Of a DNA stretch of 64,000 nt, positions 10,741 to 25,589 are shown piece by piece. Numbering within the stretch: the first letter of the stretch is position 1; each line of letters begins with the position of its first letter. The notes beneath the pieces were generated by a model. That model saw only the letters and a program-made list of their open reading frames with translations. It searched no databases and was not told the DNA's origin. Position numbers and translations under genes: made by a program. This stretch comes from the human T2T-CHM13v2.0 reference genome, Homo sapiens. The stretch lies in the NCBI RefSeq assembly GCF_009914755.1, contig NC_060940.1; one strand, 5' to 3'.

Positions 10741-13070
10741 TGTGTTACTATAACTTGTCTGTACCCCAGTTCGTTCATAATTAGGAATTAATATAATGAT
10801 ACCAACCAGCTAGGTGTGTGTTTGAATATCAAGCGAGACAATGCAGGGGTTTCTAACACAAAATAAAAGTCAAAGATCTCATTTCTCCCAACTGCTTCAC
10901 TCTGAGCAAACATCTGAGGCTGCTTTCTAATGCCTCCTTGGACACAAACACTTAAAAATAGGAATTCTGAGAAACAGAATTTAATAAACAAACGCTTGTC
11001 TTCTGAGTGCTTGTGAAAAAATAATTCGAGGTTTGTTCACAGCCCCTCCCTACCCCTGCACCTCTGATCACCTCCACCTGACTTTTTCCAGTTCGTCTCT
11101 TCGTATTTCCAAGCACTTCATTTTATTACAACCCGGCCTTATCTGTCAGGTGCAGCTGGCGAAACTGAGGCATGAAGAGGTTAAACGACCTTGTGGAGGC
11201 AGCTACATACCTGGATTAGACTGCTGAGTTGCTTCTGACTGATTATTTATTTGGTCCACTAAGCAAAGCTGCTTCCTCACTCAGGGCTATGGAAACATAT
11301 TTTTCTCTGAACTTCATTAGCACAAACTCCTCAGAAGAGGTTCAACTTGAATCTTGGCAGGTGGGAGAACCCCACATTCCTTAATTTTCTCTTCTCCACC
11401 CCCACACTGGTCTTTGCACCTGTGGCACCTGGCCCACACTCGGTACTTAGCACACATCCATGGAATGAATAAATGACAGGATGGCTACCCTTTTTTTTCT
11501 GTTTTAGTTGTCTAACTACAACCAGGTCTACTTCATCATGCTGATTCTTCAAATTACTTGGCGGCATTTTCTTTCCCAAGGTGCGGAAGCATCGCAATAC
11601 ATTGGGACTGCAAGAGCCTTAGACCCATTTTGTCCAGCCCAGCAGCCCAGCGAATTTACAGGGAACAAGTTAAATAACGGGGCAACTGCTCAGACTCCCA
11701 GGACTTGAGATTCCCTGGCTATGACGAGCATTGTGAGTGACACTCTGGGACCAGATCCCCAAATGCAGGGGCACGGTGGGGGACCATCCATTCCAGCTCC
11801 CGCCACCCATTAGCCATCTATATGCCTTCAGCTATCAGCATAAAGATATTTATTTTTATTTGGTAAAAATGAGAAGGGAGAGGAAGAAGAAGTGCATTAG
11901 TGGTGTGGACTGGAAGACAGAGGAGCGAAACAGGGGATACGGACAGGTTGTCCTCCTACGCTGGGACCCTGAAGTGTGTTGAAGACCCTTGGGTTCGAGA
12001 ACAGAAAATGATTGAAGTCATGTTTTACGAAAGACTGCAAGATTGAAAGTGAAGGCCAGAAGCTAATTAAATTGATCACAAATGATTGGGTCAGAACCCG
12101 GATGCAAGCACCACAGCTATGGGAACAGGTGGCCAAGGATTACACAGTTGGAAAGAGAGGCCCCCTCTGACACCTGTAGCACTGTGGCATGGGAAGTGCT
12201 GGTCTTCAGGGGTGGGTCACCGTGGTGACATCTCCCGCAGTGGCCCTGATAAGGGAGGAGGCAGCAGCAGTTGGCACATGGTATGGAAGCTGACATTGAT
12301 CAGGGGGCCCTTGTGAAGCCAGCCTTGGGCCTCCCAGGAAATACCTGGGGAATAATGTTGTGATGGGGGCTGAGTTCCTGTGGAGCAGGTTGGAAGCTGG
12401 TGGTGCCTATGATCAGGGAATAAAGGCAAATGTGTCCCATGTCGTCATGCAATGCTGGGAAGCCAGCCAACCTCCGTGTTACCCATCTCGATTCTGGCCT
12501 GCCCACTGCTTCCTGTTTAATTGAAGCAGATGCGTGACTGCTCTGGATATGAAATACGGATAACCTGTGAGCAAAACCCCCAGGTAAAAAGCACGTGGGG
12601 GAGCATGCTTTTTGGCCAGCTGAGTCTTCTCTTCCAGTCTAGAGAAGTGGAGGAAAACAGGGGAGCATCTGGGGACCATAGAGCCAGCGTCCACGCCAGG
12701 CAGTGCAGACTCGGCAGCTCCATCAGAAAGGGATTCAGCTCAACCTGGGGGCCGATTCATTCAAAGGACATTGATCTGGCACCCAACTTGTGTTAGCCAC
12801 TATTTCACAGTGCTGGGGATACAGCAGCAAACAACCACCAAATCCCTGCTTCATGGAGCTCTGTCAATCTACAGGCATTAGTGAGTATGTGACGATCAGG
12901 TGGCCCTAAGTGCTGGGAATAGACACGGAGCCGATAAAAGATATAGGGTGGTGGGAGACACTGCTTGGTCCAGGAAGGCCCTCCTGGGAGGGGCCGTGAG
13001 AAGGGAGGCCAGATGGAAAGTCTCCTGAGGGCAGGAATGAGTGCTGTCCTTATCTCTCATGTACCCCTGA

Positions 13071-13225
13071 CAGCTTTTCTCAACCATGGATGCTTCAGTC
13101 CCCTAGCAGATGCCTGGCAGTGTCTGCATATGTTTTTAGTTGTCACAACTGGGGCTGTTATTGCCATCTGGTGGGTCAGGCATGCTGCTCCACATCCTGC
13201 TGTGCACAGGACAGTCCCCACACGT
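13071..13225 (+). mobile_element. MER20 (partial)
   Basis: tggcagtgtctg...ttgtcacaactgggg...catcctgctgtgcacaggacagtcccc. Confidence 0.82.
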
Positions 13226-15429
13226 CCGCAGGGCCGTGCTCTGCAGGCTCCTTGCATGGCGTTGGCCACTCAGAGGGTCTAAAATTATTGCATGGTTTGT
13301 TTGCTCAGTATTCATCAGGTTTGGATAGTCAAGAAGTCTGTCTTCATCTCTGGGGCACCAGAGATGAAGGAAGGGACACTATCACTGTTCTTGTAAAGTC
13401 CACACGCTAGCTGGGGCAATGATTTGCAACAATCGACTATATTATCTTGTGAGGAGGGTCATGTTACAGGTTCAGCCTTCGGAAGGACATGAGGTCAAAG
13501 CAAATTCTCAAGAATGAGGAATGACAGGAGACAGAGACGCGGACGGGGCAGGAAGGGTTTTGTGAGAACAGCTGATGGAAGAAAGCATTTAATGGCACCT
13601 CCAGCGGAGTGCGTGCAGTTTAGAGCAGACGAGGGTGGGGCCATGGCAGGGCTTGACTAGGAGCAAAGGTGGGACTCGCATGCTAAGGAGTGAGCTTAGA
13701 CATGATACTCCTGCGGCGAAAGGGACAAATGATGGAGGATTTTAGGCTGAAAGTGACATGATCAGATTTGGATTTTACAGGGACTGATCCGGTTGACATG
13801 CAGGGGATGAATGGGAGACAGTGAGTTCTGTCTCTGGGTCTTTGAAGCCAGAGTGACACACATCAGATAGATGCAGTTTTCACCCAAGAAGACCTGGGTA
13901 GTGAATGGGATTAGTCTAAACTCATAGTGAAGATATTAAATATACCTTGGGATGAAAAGAGTAGCAGGAATGTGGACTTGTGGGAGGAGGGCAGGCCATA
14001 CCGGGCCTCACAGGGCAGGATAAGGTGCTTGGATTTTACTCTAAGGAAGCCTCAGCCTCAGAGGGTTCTCAGGAAGGGAGTGACATCCAATTTGCATTTC
14101 AAGAAGATAAGATTTATTTGAGCAAGTCAACAATAACATTCAAATTGTCATGAAATAGAAATTAATTCAAAAATGCATTCATTTATTGAGGCCCCACTAC
14201 CAGGCACTGGGGAAAAGAGATCAAAGAGAAAACTTTGCTTTCCCTGGAGCGCTGCCTTCAAGTTTCCCTCTACACATAGCAAACCAGAAAACCTTTATTT
14301 TTTAATTCACAAGTAGAGGGTTGGGGAGCATTTTATGCACTGACTCGTTCTCCCCATTTAGTCTGGCATAATTTCCATGCCAAGTAAATATTCTCTTTTA
14401 AAATTTTAAATTTTGAGGGTTTTTTTTTTCTTCTACGGGGGTTTATCAGTGGGCTCTCTCAAAATTTATTAAACACAGTTGGCCAGAGCTGTTAGCTGTT
14501 GATTTCTTTGATTGGTATCTGTTTTAAGATCTTTATTATCCAGAAGGCGTATCTTTTCTCCCAGTGAGGCATTAGGTAGTAAAAGAGATCATTTCCGTAT
14601 TTTTCTTTCTTCCAAAGGTGCAGATGTTTGCATAATAGGCTCCTTTAAGTAAAATCCACCTTTTCTGGAATCATGTTGGAAAGCCTGCAGGCCCACGATG
14701 AGGGACTATCTTATATTCTTTAACTCAGGAATCCTCGTTCCTGTTTCTGCATGTGGGACCAAACTGAGCCATGTTCAGTGTGCCAGACCAAACACTCTGA
14801 AGCTGGACTAGAGTAATAGCAAACTGGAGAGTCGCATCCTCGTTAAATGATGGCTTAGCATGTAAAACATTCGTGTGACTGGATTGTCAGTGTTTGACAA
14901 TAAGATGCTGGGAGGAGAGCCCTGTGCTCTTTTGAAATTGATTGTGTCCTCCTTCAATGGATCATTAATAGTTGGGGAATCCACATTTAAAAGGGGTAGA
15001 CCCACAGCAGAGGTCTTGGTCAGAGGTCAGAAAGGCTGAGAAAAATGGGCAGCTGGCATTTCACAATTAGTCGTGAATGCATTTTCTATTCCTTTCGAGT
15101 TTTTATTGCAGAACCTAATCATGAACTCCACCAAAGTCACATTAGTTCCTGTTCAGTGTTTCTTATCTCCTGTGATGTGAGGCTCTGGTAATTAGCAGGG
15201 CTGTTTCTGCTCCCAAATAAAAAGGAGATATATTTAGAAAATGGATGTGTTAACCCGGGAAAGCAGGCACAGGAAGGGCTGCATGAAGTATCTTTCTCTT
15301 GGTGAGGTAGGCTGCAAGTTGATGTGGAAGAAGTTCTAGATCATACTGTGTGTTCCCTGCCTGACCACCCCCGCAAGCCTCTTGACTCCCTATTCCCAAA
15401 TCTGGAATTATTTTTAGAAAGCTGTCCCA

Positions 15430-15968
<539 letters not shown>

Positions 15969-16503
15969 CTAAACTTGAGCAAATGCTCAGAGCAAGACCT
16001 GGTGCTAGGATCGGAACAGGGAAGACACATGGAAATGAATAAGGTCACATTCTAGATAACTTGCACATCACGGCCCCATTTTTGTAATAATCCCTTTCTC
16101 CATCCTCCACCCCTATCCTCACTTCCCTCTTCTCTATGAAGAATTCAGTTTAACTGTGTAGGTTGGATCATGGCATGCCGGTACCCTGGGGTGATGGAGA
16201 GTTGCCTTCCTACTGAAGGTCAGCTACTGAAAGAGCATCTGTGCGTTGGCAAATCTGCTAGGTTCAGGGCTCTCCGAGGGAATAGATAGGAGAAAAATTT
16301 TGGATTCACCTTTGATTGTACTTCCTGATGGAGTCAGGATTGGGGTGAGGAGAATTGCACGTTAACAAGCATAGATCGCACATGGAGTGGCTGTCCTTTG
16401 AGGTAGTGAGTCCCCTCATGGTTGATGTGTTCCAGCAGGAGCTGGTGAGCACCTTCAGGAAGAGCACAGAGGGATTGTTACTTTATGTAGTTACATTAGA
16501 AGT

Positions 16504-16675
16504 AGGGGGTCTGCAAACTGTGGCCTGCAGGCCCACTCCATTTTCACCCACTCATTGCATATTGTCTGTGGCCTCTTCCACCCTGCAGCTGCAGAGTTGA
16601 ATAGTTGTCAGAGTGTGGCCTGCAAAGCCAAAAGGACTTACTCTGCCCCTCTACAGAAAAAGCCTGCCAACCCCG
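16504..16675 (+). mobile_element. MER58A
   Basis: gggtctgcaaactgtggcctgcaggcc...gcagagttgaatagttg...gcctgccaacccc. Confidence 0.8.
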
Positions 16676-16887
16676 GACTAGATGAACCCTGGTATGGGTT
16701 GGATGTTTGTCCCCTCCACATCTTATATTGAAATGCGACCCCCAGCACTGGAGGTGGGGCCTGGTGGGAGGTGATTGAATCATGGGGGTGGACCCCTCCT
16801 GAATGGTTCAGTGTCATCCCCTTGGCGACCGAGTTCTTGCTCAGCTATTTCACATGAGATCAGGATGTTTATAAAAGAATGTGACAC

Positions 16888-17661
<774 letters not shown>

Positions 17662-18334
17662 TTAAACCTGTCTCTTTTATAAATGACCCACTCTCGGGTA
17701 TTTTTTTATAGCAATGCAAGAACAACCTAACACAAACCCTCATATTTAGGAATTGATAGCTCCAGCCCTTTTATATCTAATTTTAAGAGCTTTTGAGACT
17801 ATCGTAGTTTATGCCTTAAAGGAAGCTTATAAGTTTCCCCTTTTCTGGGTATTTCCAAGGAAAGGCAAAAATGTGTCACCCTGAAATGATGCTGATGTTG
17901 TCTGACCTAGAGATGAACTAAGTCCAGTCTGGGACAGGCTCCCCAGGGAGCATTTTCATGGAGGTCAGTGTGAACCCCCTTTTCCAGATTGGTGGCAGGG
18001 CCAGCTTTAGGTCCCTTGAGATTGTCTGCATCCCACTTCCTAAGTAAACAAAATAATGACTAGAAAAGTCTTTTCAGGAAAGGGAAAATGTGCAAATATA
18101 CGAGACAAAATTGCTTTTCTTTCCCAGCAGTTTTCTCCCTTAGGACCATTTCACAGGCCTGAGCTACCCTAGGAGTCTGTTTTGCCCACAGGCTATGCGT
18201 GAAGCCGACCCTTACCCTCTCACCCAGTGACGACCACGACAATGTTGATGATCATAAGCAGTGCTTGCAGGCTTGGCTAGTCCTTCACAGATGCTACGTC
18301 ACCAGTCCTTGTGCTGACTCAACGAGTAGGTGGC

Positions 18335-18813
18335 TGTATTAGTTTTCTATTTCTGCCCAAACAAATTACTGCAGGCTTGGTGGCTTAAAACAACACAATT
18401 TTTATCTTACAGTTGTTTAGGTCAGAAGTCCGACATGGTTCTCACTGGGCTAAAACCAAGCTGTGGGCAGAGCTGGCTTCTTCTGGAAGGGAGCATCATT
18501 CTCCGACCTTTTCCAACTTTTGGGGGCCACCTGCATTCTTCAGCTCATGACTGCTTCCTCCATCCTCAAAGCCAGCAATGGAAGCAGCTCCTTTCACACT
18601 GACATCTTTCCTATTCTCCCATCCCCAGCCCTCTTTCCTTTATAAGGTCCCTTATGAGTCCATTGGGCCCATCTACATAATCCAGGATCCTTTCTTTAAT
18701 TTAAATTTATCTAGTTCACAACATTAATCTTCTTTACCATGTAACCTAACATAGTCAAAGTTTCCAGACATTAGGAGGTGGGCATCTCTGGGGGCCGCTA
18801 TTCTACCTACCAC
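18335..18813 (-). mobile_element. MLT1D-like MaLR LTR inside a MIR
   Basis: tgtattagttttctat...ggcttaaaacaacac...tattctacctaccac. Confidence 0.8.
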
Positions 18814-19842
18814 CACACTCCTTGTATAGATGAGGTAATGGAGAGACAGAGTGGGTTAGGAACTTGTTCAAGGTCACACAGTGCTAAGTGATGGATGATC
18901 TTAACCTTTGACCCCAGCTATTGTCATCTTTGGAAAGCAGGGATGGATAATGTGGCCAGCACAGTGTCCAAGGGGTTCCCCTCTTCTGCTGGCTTCAAAT
19001 AGGGTGACGGCCGGAAGGAGAAGTAACTCTGGATGAACCCCCAGGGGCAACCCTAGATTCTTGCTCTGAAAGCTCATAGGCAGTGTGTGGCAACACTGGT
19101 GTCTCTGATAGGTTTTCTTTCCAGAGTGGGAGTGCCCCAGTCTTTTGCAAATCTTCCTTTTCTCATAAATGTTACCTAGGTGCTTTGCGGGGATGATTTT
19201 CTTCAGAATGAGTGAGTGTCACAAAACAGCAGGCCACTTGATTTTTATTCCTGTTTGGCACAGTCCTGGGCACAGAGCTCCTTTCCATTCGTTGCTTAGC
19301 AAGAAGCAGGCCCCAAATAACCACCTGCCCCAAGGCCCTTTTGTCCACTGGAGAGGATAGGTGATTAGATGGAGGGTAATTGATAACGCAGGGTCAGTAG
19401 GGAGAGGGAAACCCCTTGAGGTTGGACCTAGGCAGCTCCAAGTCCAGATTCCTGCTCCAGTGCAACTGATGCTAAACAACAACAGCTAGGCTTGACTGAG
19501 CACCGCTGGGGTTCAGGTGTGGCGTGAGTGTGTTTCCTGAATGATCACTTAGAAGTTAAGTCTCCCCTGCCATGCCGGGGGCATTGTTCTAGGCACAAGG
19601 GATTTTAGAGTGAACAAAACACATTTGTAGCCCTACCCCCAGCCCCTCTGGAGCTTATAGTCCTAAGGACCTTAAAGGTAAAGATTGTTTTTGTCCACTT
19701 TGCATGTGGAGAAACTGAGCTTAGGAAAGTGTCTGGAAAAAGGTTACATGGTAGCTGATAGTGAAAGAACCAAATGACAAACCCACGTCCTCCCCTCCAG
19801 AGCCCAAGCTCCACACACTGACTCTGTTAACTGCTTGGTTTG

Positions 19843-20138
19843 GGCCGGGCACCGTGGCTCACGCCTGTAATCCCAGTGCCTTGGGAGGCCTAAGCCAGAG
19901 GATTGCTTGAGGCCAGGAGTTCAATACCAGCCTGGGCAACATAGAGATTCCATCTCTACAAAGTAAACAAATAGATAAATAAATTAGCACGGTGTGATGT
20001 TATGCACCTATAATCCTAGTTACTTGGGAGGCTAAGGTGGGAGGATAACTTGAGCCTGGGAGTTCAAGGCTGCAGTGAACTATGATTACATAACTGCATT
20101 CCAGCCTGGGTAACAGAGTGAGACCCAGTCTCAAAAAA
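19843..20138 (+). mobile_element. AluJ
   Basis: gaggattgcttgaggccaggagttc, aggctgcagtgaactatgat (J diagnostics). Confidence 0.92.
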
Positions 20139-20169
20139 GTACATACACACATATATAAACAAACACTTA

Positions 20170-20268
20170 GGTTTGCAGGGAAGCACCCTCCAATGCACAG
20201 GTCAGCCCCTGCCCCAGAGAATGACGCAGCTCCGAGTGCCAATAGTGTCACTGCGGAGAAGCCCCGGT
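20170..20268 (+). mobile_element. MER20 3' half
   Basis: caatgcacaggtcagcccc...gccaatagtgtc...gagaagccccgg. Confidence 0.72.
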
Positions 20269-21152
20269 GTAAAATGAAAATAATAAAATCCACCATAGAG
20301 CGTTGCTATGAGTTTTGAAAGCCCTATCATGTGAGCCTTCATCTAACCGAATCATGTTTTCACTGACTGGATTTTCAGCTGGAATCGTGGCATGTCAGGG
20401 CTCTGCCTAGCCGGGCCCCACTCCTACCCCGACCCAAAATCTGAGAAATGACCAGTAACACGGTTCTAGAGGAATTTGCCAATGCTCATTTTTTATTCTA
20501 TGTGGTGGTGTTTTTTTTTTTTTTTTTCTCATTGCAGAAGACAAATTCTATTTCCTTACTCCTGAGGGAAAACTAATTCCAGCAAAGGCCATTTGTCTTT
20601 GGTACCTTAAGATCTAGATAATTTACTGCAAGTTTATTTTTATTGAAAATTATGTAGATACTATTCAGAAACACAATTTTCAACTATACGGCACACTTAA
20701 GCACGTTATATTTTAAGTGTTAATACATAGACTGAGGATATATGCTAGAATGTGCATTTCTCAAAGACACTTTTTTCTTTTTTGTCACTCACTGCATTCG
20801 AGGTCCTTAAACTTGTGTGCTATGAAGTGCTAAAGGATTAAAATATTTTCAAATGGATATTGTGCTGTAAGTTTTGAGTTGTTACCATTTGACTGCAATT
20901 GAAACTCATGATGCTTTATATAGCTTAGATGATTAATTCAGAAATAATTTGCATTTAAATGCGTTTAAGATATTTAACTTATGATTCCAAATGTGCCTAT
21001 TTTAAGCCTGGTAGAAGTACTTTAGTCTCCAAAGTATGCGGACGCTCTACTTCTCCCTAGTTTGTGGACCTGAAAAGGATTTAGATATTAATATAGAATA
21101 ACTTTTCCAAACTAGTTCTGAAAACATAAGAACTGAGAGATAGCCCCCTGCA

Positions 21153-21166
21153 ACACACACGCACAT

Positions 21167-21201
<35 letters not shown>
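21153..21201. repeat. (CA)n microsatellite
   Basis: Direct reading. Confidence 0.95.
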
Positions 21202-21204
<3 letters not shown>

Positions 21205-21634
21205 GTTTTGTGCTCTCTTGGGAGCATTTAAGATACACTGCAAACTACAATTGCTTCCTTAAAATGTACAGTGGACGTTTGACATAGTAAAGATATTTTG
21301 AAGATTTGCAGGCCAGAAACCTGTTTAAGCCAACATATTACACACTTTTAAGAAAGAAAAGCTCTTAATAACATCCTATAAGAAAATCTTAACCATTATA
21401 GAAGTTACTCTTTGAATAATATTGTGAGAAAAAATTTAATTAGTGAAACCCTAAGGAAGTTATCAGCATGGAGATTTGTGATGGATGCCAATGTGCCTTC
21501 CTAAAATGCTGCAAGGCTATTCTGGAAAAACAGTTCTGGAGACAGATTCTGGCATTAACTATCTCTGTTAACATAGTGGTAACTAGGTTCTTCCCACTTC
21601 TGCTTGTTTCAGCTAAGTAAAATATAAGGGAGTC

Positions 21635-21907
21635 CAGTAATTCATGAATGGATAAACAAATTGTGATACATCCTTGCAATGGAATATTATACAGCCATAA
21701 AAAGGAATAGAGTAGGTTAAGCCATAGAAACACAAGTTAGATGAGTGGCAGGGGTGGGAAGGAGGGCCTACTTATAGGTCTGGGTTTCCCTTTGAAGTCA
21801 TGGAAATGTTTTGGAACTAGACAGAGGTGGTGGTTCTACAACATCATGAGTACACTAAACATGACTTTAAAAACGTTTCATATGTGAGTTTCACCTCATT
21901 TTAAAAA
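21635..21907 (+). mobile_element. L1MB-like 3' fragment
   Basis: atgaatggataaacaaattgtg...ggaaatgttttggaactagacagaggtggtggtt. Confidence 0.75.
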
Positions 21908-22351
21908 TCACAGTGCACAAAAAGAGGTAAGGGAGGCCAGAGAAACTGGGCAGGAAAACCCAGGTGTGAGGACCAGGAGGAAGAGGGTGGGGCAGAGGGG
22001 ACAAGGCAGATTCGAGGGGATGTTCCGCCACATTCTTCAGGGTGGCATGGGCAGCTTTTATGTAGATGAAAACAATTTTAGGAAATTGCAGCCTAAAGCG
22101 GTGTTCAGTACGCAAGAGAGGCCCTCAAGAGAAGGTCACCAAGGGAAGGCAGAAGAGCAGCCTCTGCCTGTCTCAGCAAAGAGCTGAGTGGGCACCCACC
22201 CCATGGTGATGCTCACGGTCACAGCCTAGTGACCCACACTTGTGTCTTTGCTGTCAAGCAGAAGCTAGTGACCACGAAACTAAGCTTAACTTCTGGTGTT
22301 CTTTACTTGTGTAAAGGATCGTACCTTACATCGTAGAGAAGGAGTAGACCA

Positions 22352-22557
22352 ACACTGTGTAATAGACCTCTCTGCAATGATAGAAGTGTTCCATAACTGC
22401 ACCGTCCAATAAGGAAGCCAAATAGATAGTAGTCCACGTGGTGACTATTGAGCATTTGAACTGCAGCTAGTGCAGCTGTAGAACTGAGTTCTTAATTACT
22501 GTTTTTTAAATTTAAATAGCTGCATTTGGCTGATGGCCTTACTGTTGGAAAGCATAG
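22352..22557. mobile_element. MER3
   Basis: tctgcaatgatagaagtgttc...ctattgagcatttgaa...aatttaaatagc. Confidence 0.75.
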
Positions 22558-23104
22558 GTTTTGAATGTCACAGGTGAAAACTGTCTTTAGCATCACGTGG
22601 GCCTATGTTTTAACACCAATTTTGCCTCTCCCTTGCTATGTAATTTGAGGCAAGTTGTTTAATCGTGAACTTTAGTTCCTCATTTGTAGAAAGGTAGAAA
22701 TGAGAGAATATGCTTCCTAGAGTCACTGTCGAGATAAAATGAGGTATAGCATATGAAGTACGTGGAACTGGGCAACTAATAAATACTTGATAAACATTAT
22801 TTGTGTCTTTGGGTATTGATAACTTATATATGTCTTATGCAGTGGTGCTTTGAGAAAATGAGGTACAGAGAGGTGAAGTAACTATGCTCACGTCACATAG
22901 CCAGAAGGCAGAGGGCTAGGAATTTAATCCCAGATGTTCTGATGCCAAAGCCCATTTGCTTGCTACTGCACTGGGTTTCCCTTGGAATCCTGGTTACCAA
23001 ATTCATCTCAGCCTGTAGCATTAGACTGGGACTGAGGAGTGGATCTCATTTTTCCTACAAGTTCGTCCATTAAGTATGAACTGTTCTGGTCTTTGCTGAG
23101 ATGG

Positions 23105-23467
23105 TGTATTAGTCCATTTTCATACTGCTATGAAGAAATACCTGAGACTGGGTAATTCATTTAAAAAAAAGAGAGAGATTTAGTGGACTTACAGTTCCAC
23201 ATGTCTGGGGAGGCCTCCCAATCATGGTGGAAGGAAGGAACAAAGGCACATCTTACATGGAGGCAGGCAAGAGAGCGTGTGCAGGGGAACTGCCCTTTAT
23301 AAAACCATCAGATCTTCTGAGACTTATTCACTATCACGAGAACAGCATGGGAAAGACCCACCCCCATGATTCAATTACCTCCCACCAGGTCACTCCCATG
23401 ACATGGGGGGATTGTGGAGCTACAATTCAAGATGAGATTTGGGTCAGGACACAGCCAAACCATATCA
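23105..23467 (-). mobile_element. THE1D-like solo LTR
   Basis: TGTATTAGTCC...CCAAACCATATCA; perfect TSD GATGG. Confidence 0.92.
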
Positions 23468-24609
23468 GATGGGATTTCTTGTAGGACTTGAAACCCTGGG
23501 GAAACATGTGGTTGTGTGATGGATTTCTATGTCCATAGTGGTCTTTGTTTCTTACCTAGGTTGGTTCTGGGTAGGTTCTGGACTGGATTGGCAGGGGAGA
23601 TCCTGGTCTCTTTCATCTCAGGCACCTGAAGTCAAATCTTTCAGAAATAACATTTAACCGGTACCTCCATATGTGTTTTTTTGTTTGTTTGTTTGTTTGT
23701 TTGTTTTAGCGTTGAACACTTCTTGTTGAATGCCTTCTTTTTCATTCTATATGAAAATATCTCCAAGTCATGGAGAACTTTGTCTGGCATGGACAAGGGC
23801 AAGACAGTCTTCTTCTGTCCTGATGTTAGTTGGAAGGACACATCCTATTCTCCTCACCTTTGGGCTAAGAGCAGAGTTTGGGTTTTTAATGAAAATTTTG
23901 TCCTGACGAGAGATAAGTCAAAGTCAGGCATTGCAAAGTGCCTTGCATGTGCTGTTACTGGCATCTCAGTTACATTCTCCATGGGTGCTTAAGAAGCTAA
24001 CACTCACTGTTGGTCAGGGGACTGATGCTCTACTTCCTACTCTAAATATAGCCCCTGTCTTGTCACACTTGCTGTTTAACAGCCTTACCATGCCATTCTT
24101 GAGAGAAATAAAGTGAGGTTTCATTAATGTGAGAGATCAATAGTAGTTCAGTTATGAGTTATCACTGCAGAGGGAGAGCAGCAGGTTCAGCTCCTCAAGT
24201 TGGAAATAAAAAAGATGAATGGGAGGAGGAAATGAAGTTAGTGATCTACCGCCTGGGCACTTTGTCAAGGGTGCGTGAGGAGAGAGGGGAAAGCCCTTTC
24301 TAAACACAGATTATACACCAAAGGCAATTAATAATTGTTTAATCCTTCTGGAGAGCCATTTGTTGTGGTGATATTCACATGACTGTCTTTAACACCATGA
24401 CACCAGGAGGGTCTTACTTCGCCAGCCACCAAGCTGGGGACATCATGCTGGGTAATTGTCTGCAGGTGCATTTAACTGAAAACCTTTCTCTAAGATTCTG
24501 GAGTTCACAGCACACAAAGAAAATAGGCATAGCATCATTCCAGTCTGTCTACTTTCTGTGACTGAGGTGATTTTTTTCTGGAGCTAAACCTGTCTTTTCC
24601 ACTTGTTCT

Positions 24610-25580
24610 ACTCTCATTCACTCACTGGCTAATTCAACAGATACCTACTTGGCTCTTACTACCTATCAATCACTATTCAAGGCACTCAGTAACAGCAGTG
24701 AACCAGAGTTTCCACCCTCAGGGAACTTACAGCAGAAGAGCAGGCAGGTGATGAGAAATGCCCCTGAGTAAAGTTAAACAGGACCAGGAGGATGGGGAAT
24801 TTGTGGGGGGCAGGGGAGCTGGAGGAGGTGCATGATATTCTAGTCTATACATGATGATCAGAGATGGCCTTTCTGAAAGGGAGACATTTAAACAGAGATC
24901 TGATGAAAGAGAAGGTCATGAGCTATACAAATATCTGTAGAGAGAGAAAGCCCCACAGGTGTACAGCCAGCAAGATGGTGGAGGATGCAGGAGGTTGGGT
25001 GCAGGGGAACTGTTGCAAATCGTAGGGCCCCAGAGTCTGACAAGCTCAAGGCAAATCCTATGGAAAGATTTTTTTCTTTTAGCTGCTCTGCCTTTGTTGG
25101 TGTACCCCTCATTTCTTTTTTCAGCAGGCCGTGACCCCTTCTTGGCAACCCTGGAAGTAGGTGCAAAGATCCGGAGGTCAAAGTGGGCTTAGCATGTGTA
25201 GGGAACGTAGGCCTGGGAGGGGGTGGATCACTCAGGGCCTTGGAAACTTTGCATGGATTCTGGCTTCTGAGTGAAATGGGAAGCACTGAAGGTTTTGGAC
25301 AGAGGCAGGATGTGTTCAGATATCTCTTTCACCAGGAATGCTGTAAACAGATTGGAGGGGAATTCAGTGGAAGTGAGGAGCCAAGCTGGAGGTTACTGAA
25401 GGAAACCAGGTGAGAAAGAGGAGAACTTGGATTAGAGAGTGAGGCTAGAGTGCCCATGGCCAAGGTGGAGGTGATAAAAAGTGGTTGGATTTGCAGTATG
25501 TCTTGAAAGAGGCATCAGAATTTGCTACTGGATTAGGTGCAGTATGTGATGAAAGAGAGGAGGGTTGAGGGTAGTGGGAA
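24610..25580 (-). mobile_element. L2 fragments
   Basis: cattcactcactggctaattcaacagatac...gtggttggatttgcagtatgtcttgaa; approximate. Confidence 0.6.
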
Positions 25581-25589
25581 GATTTTTTA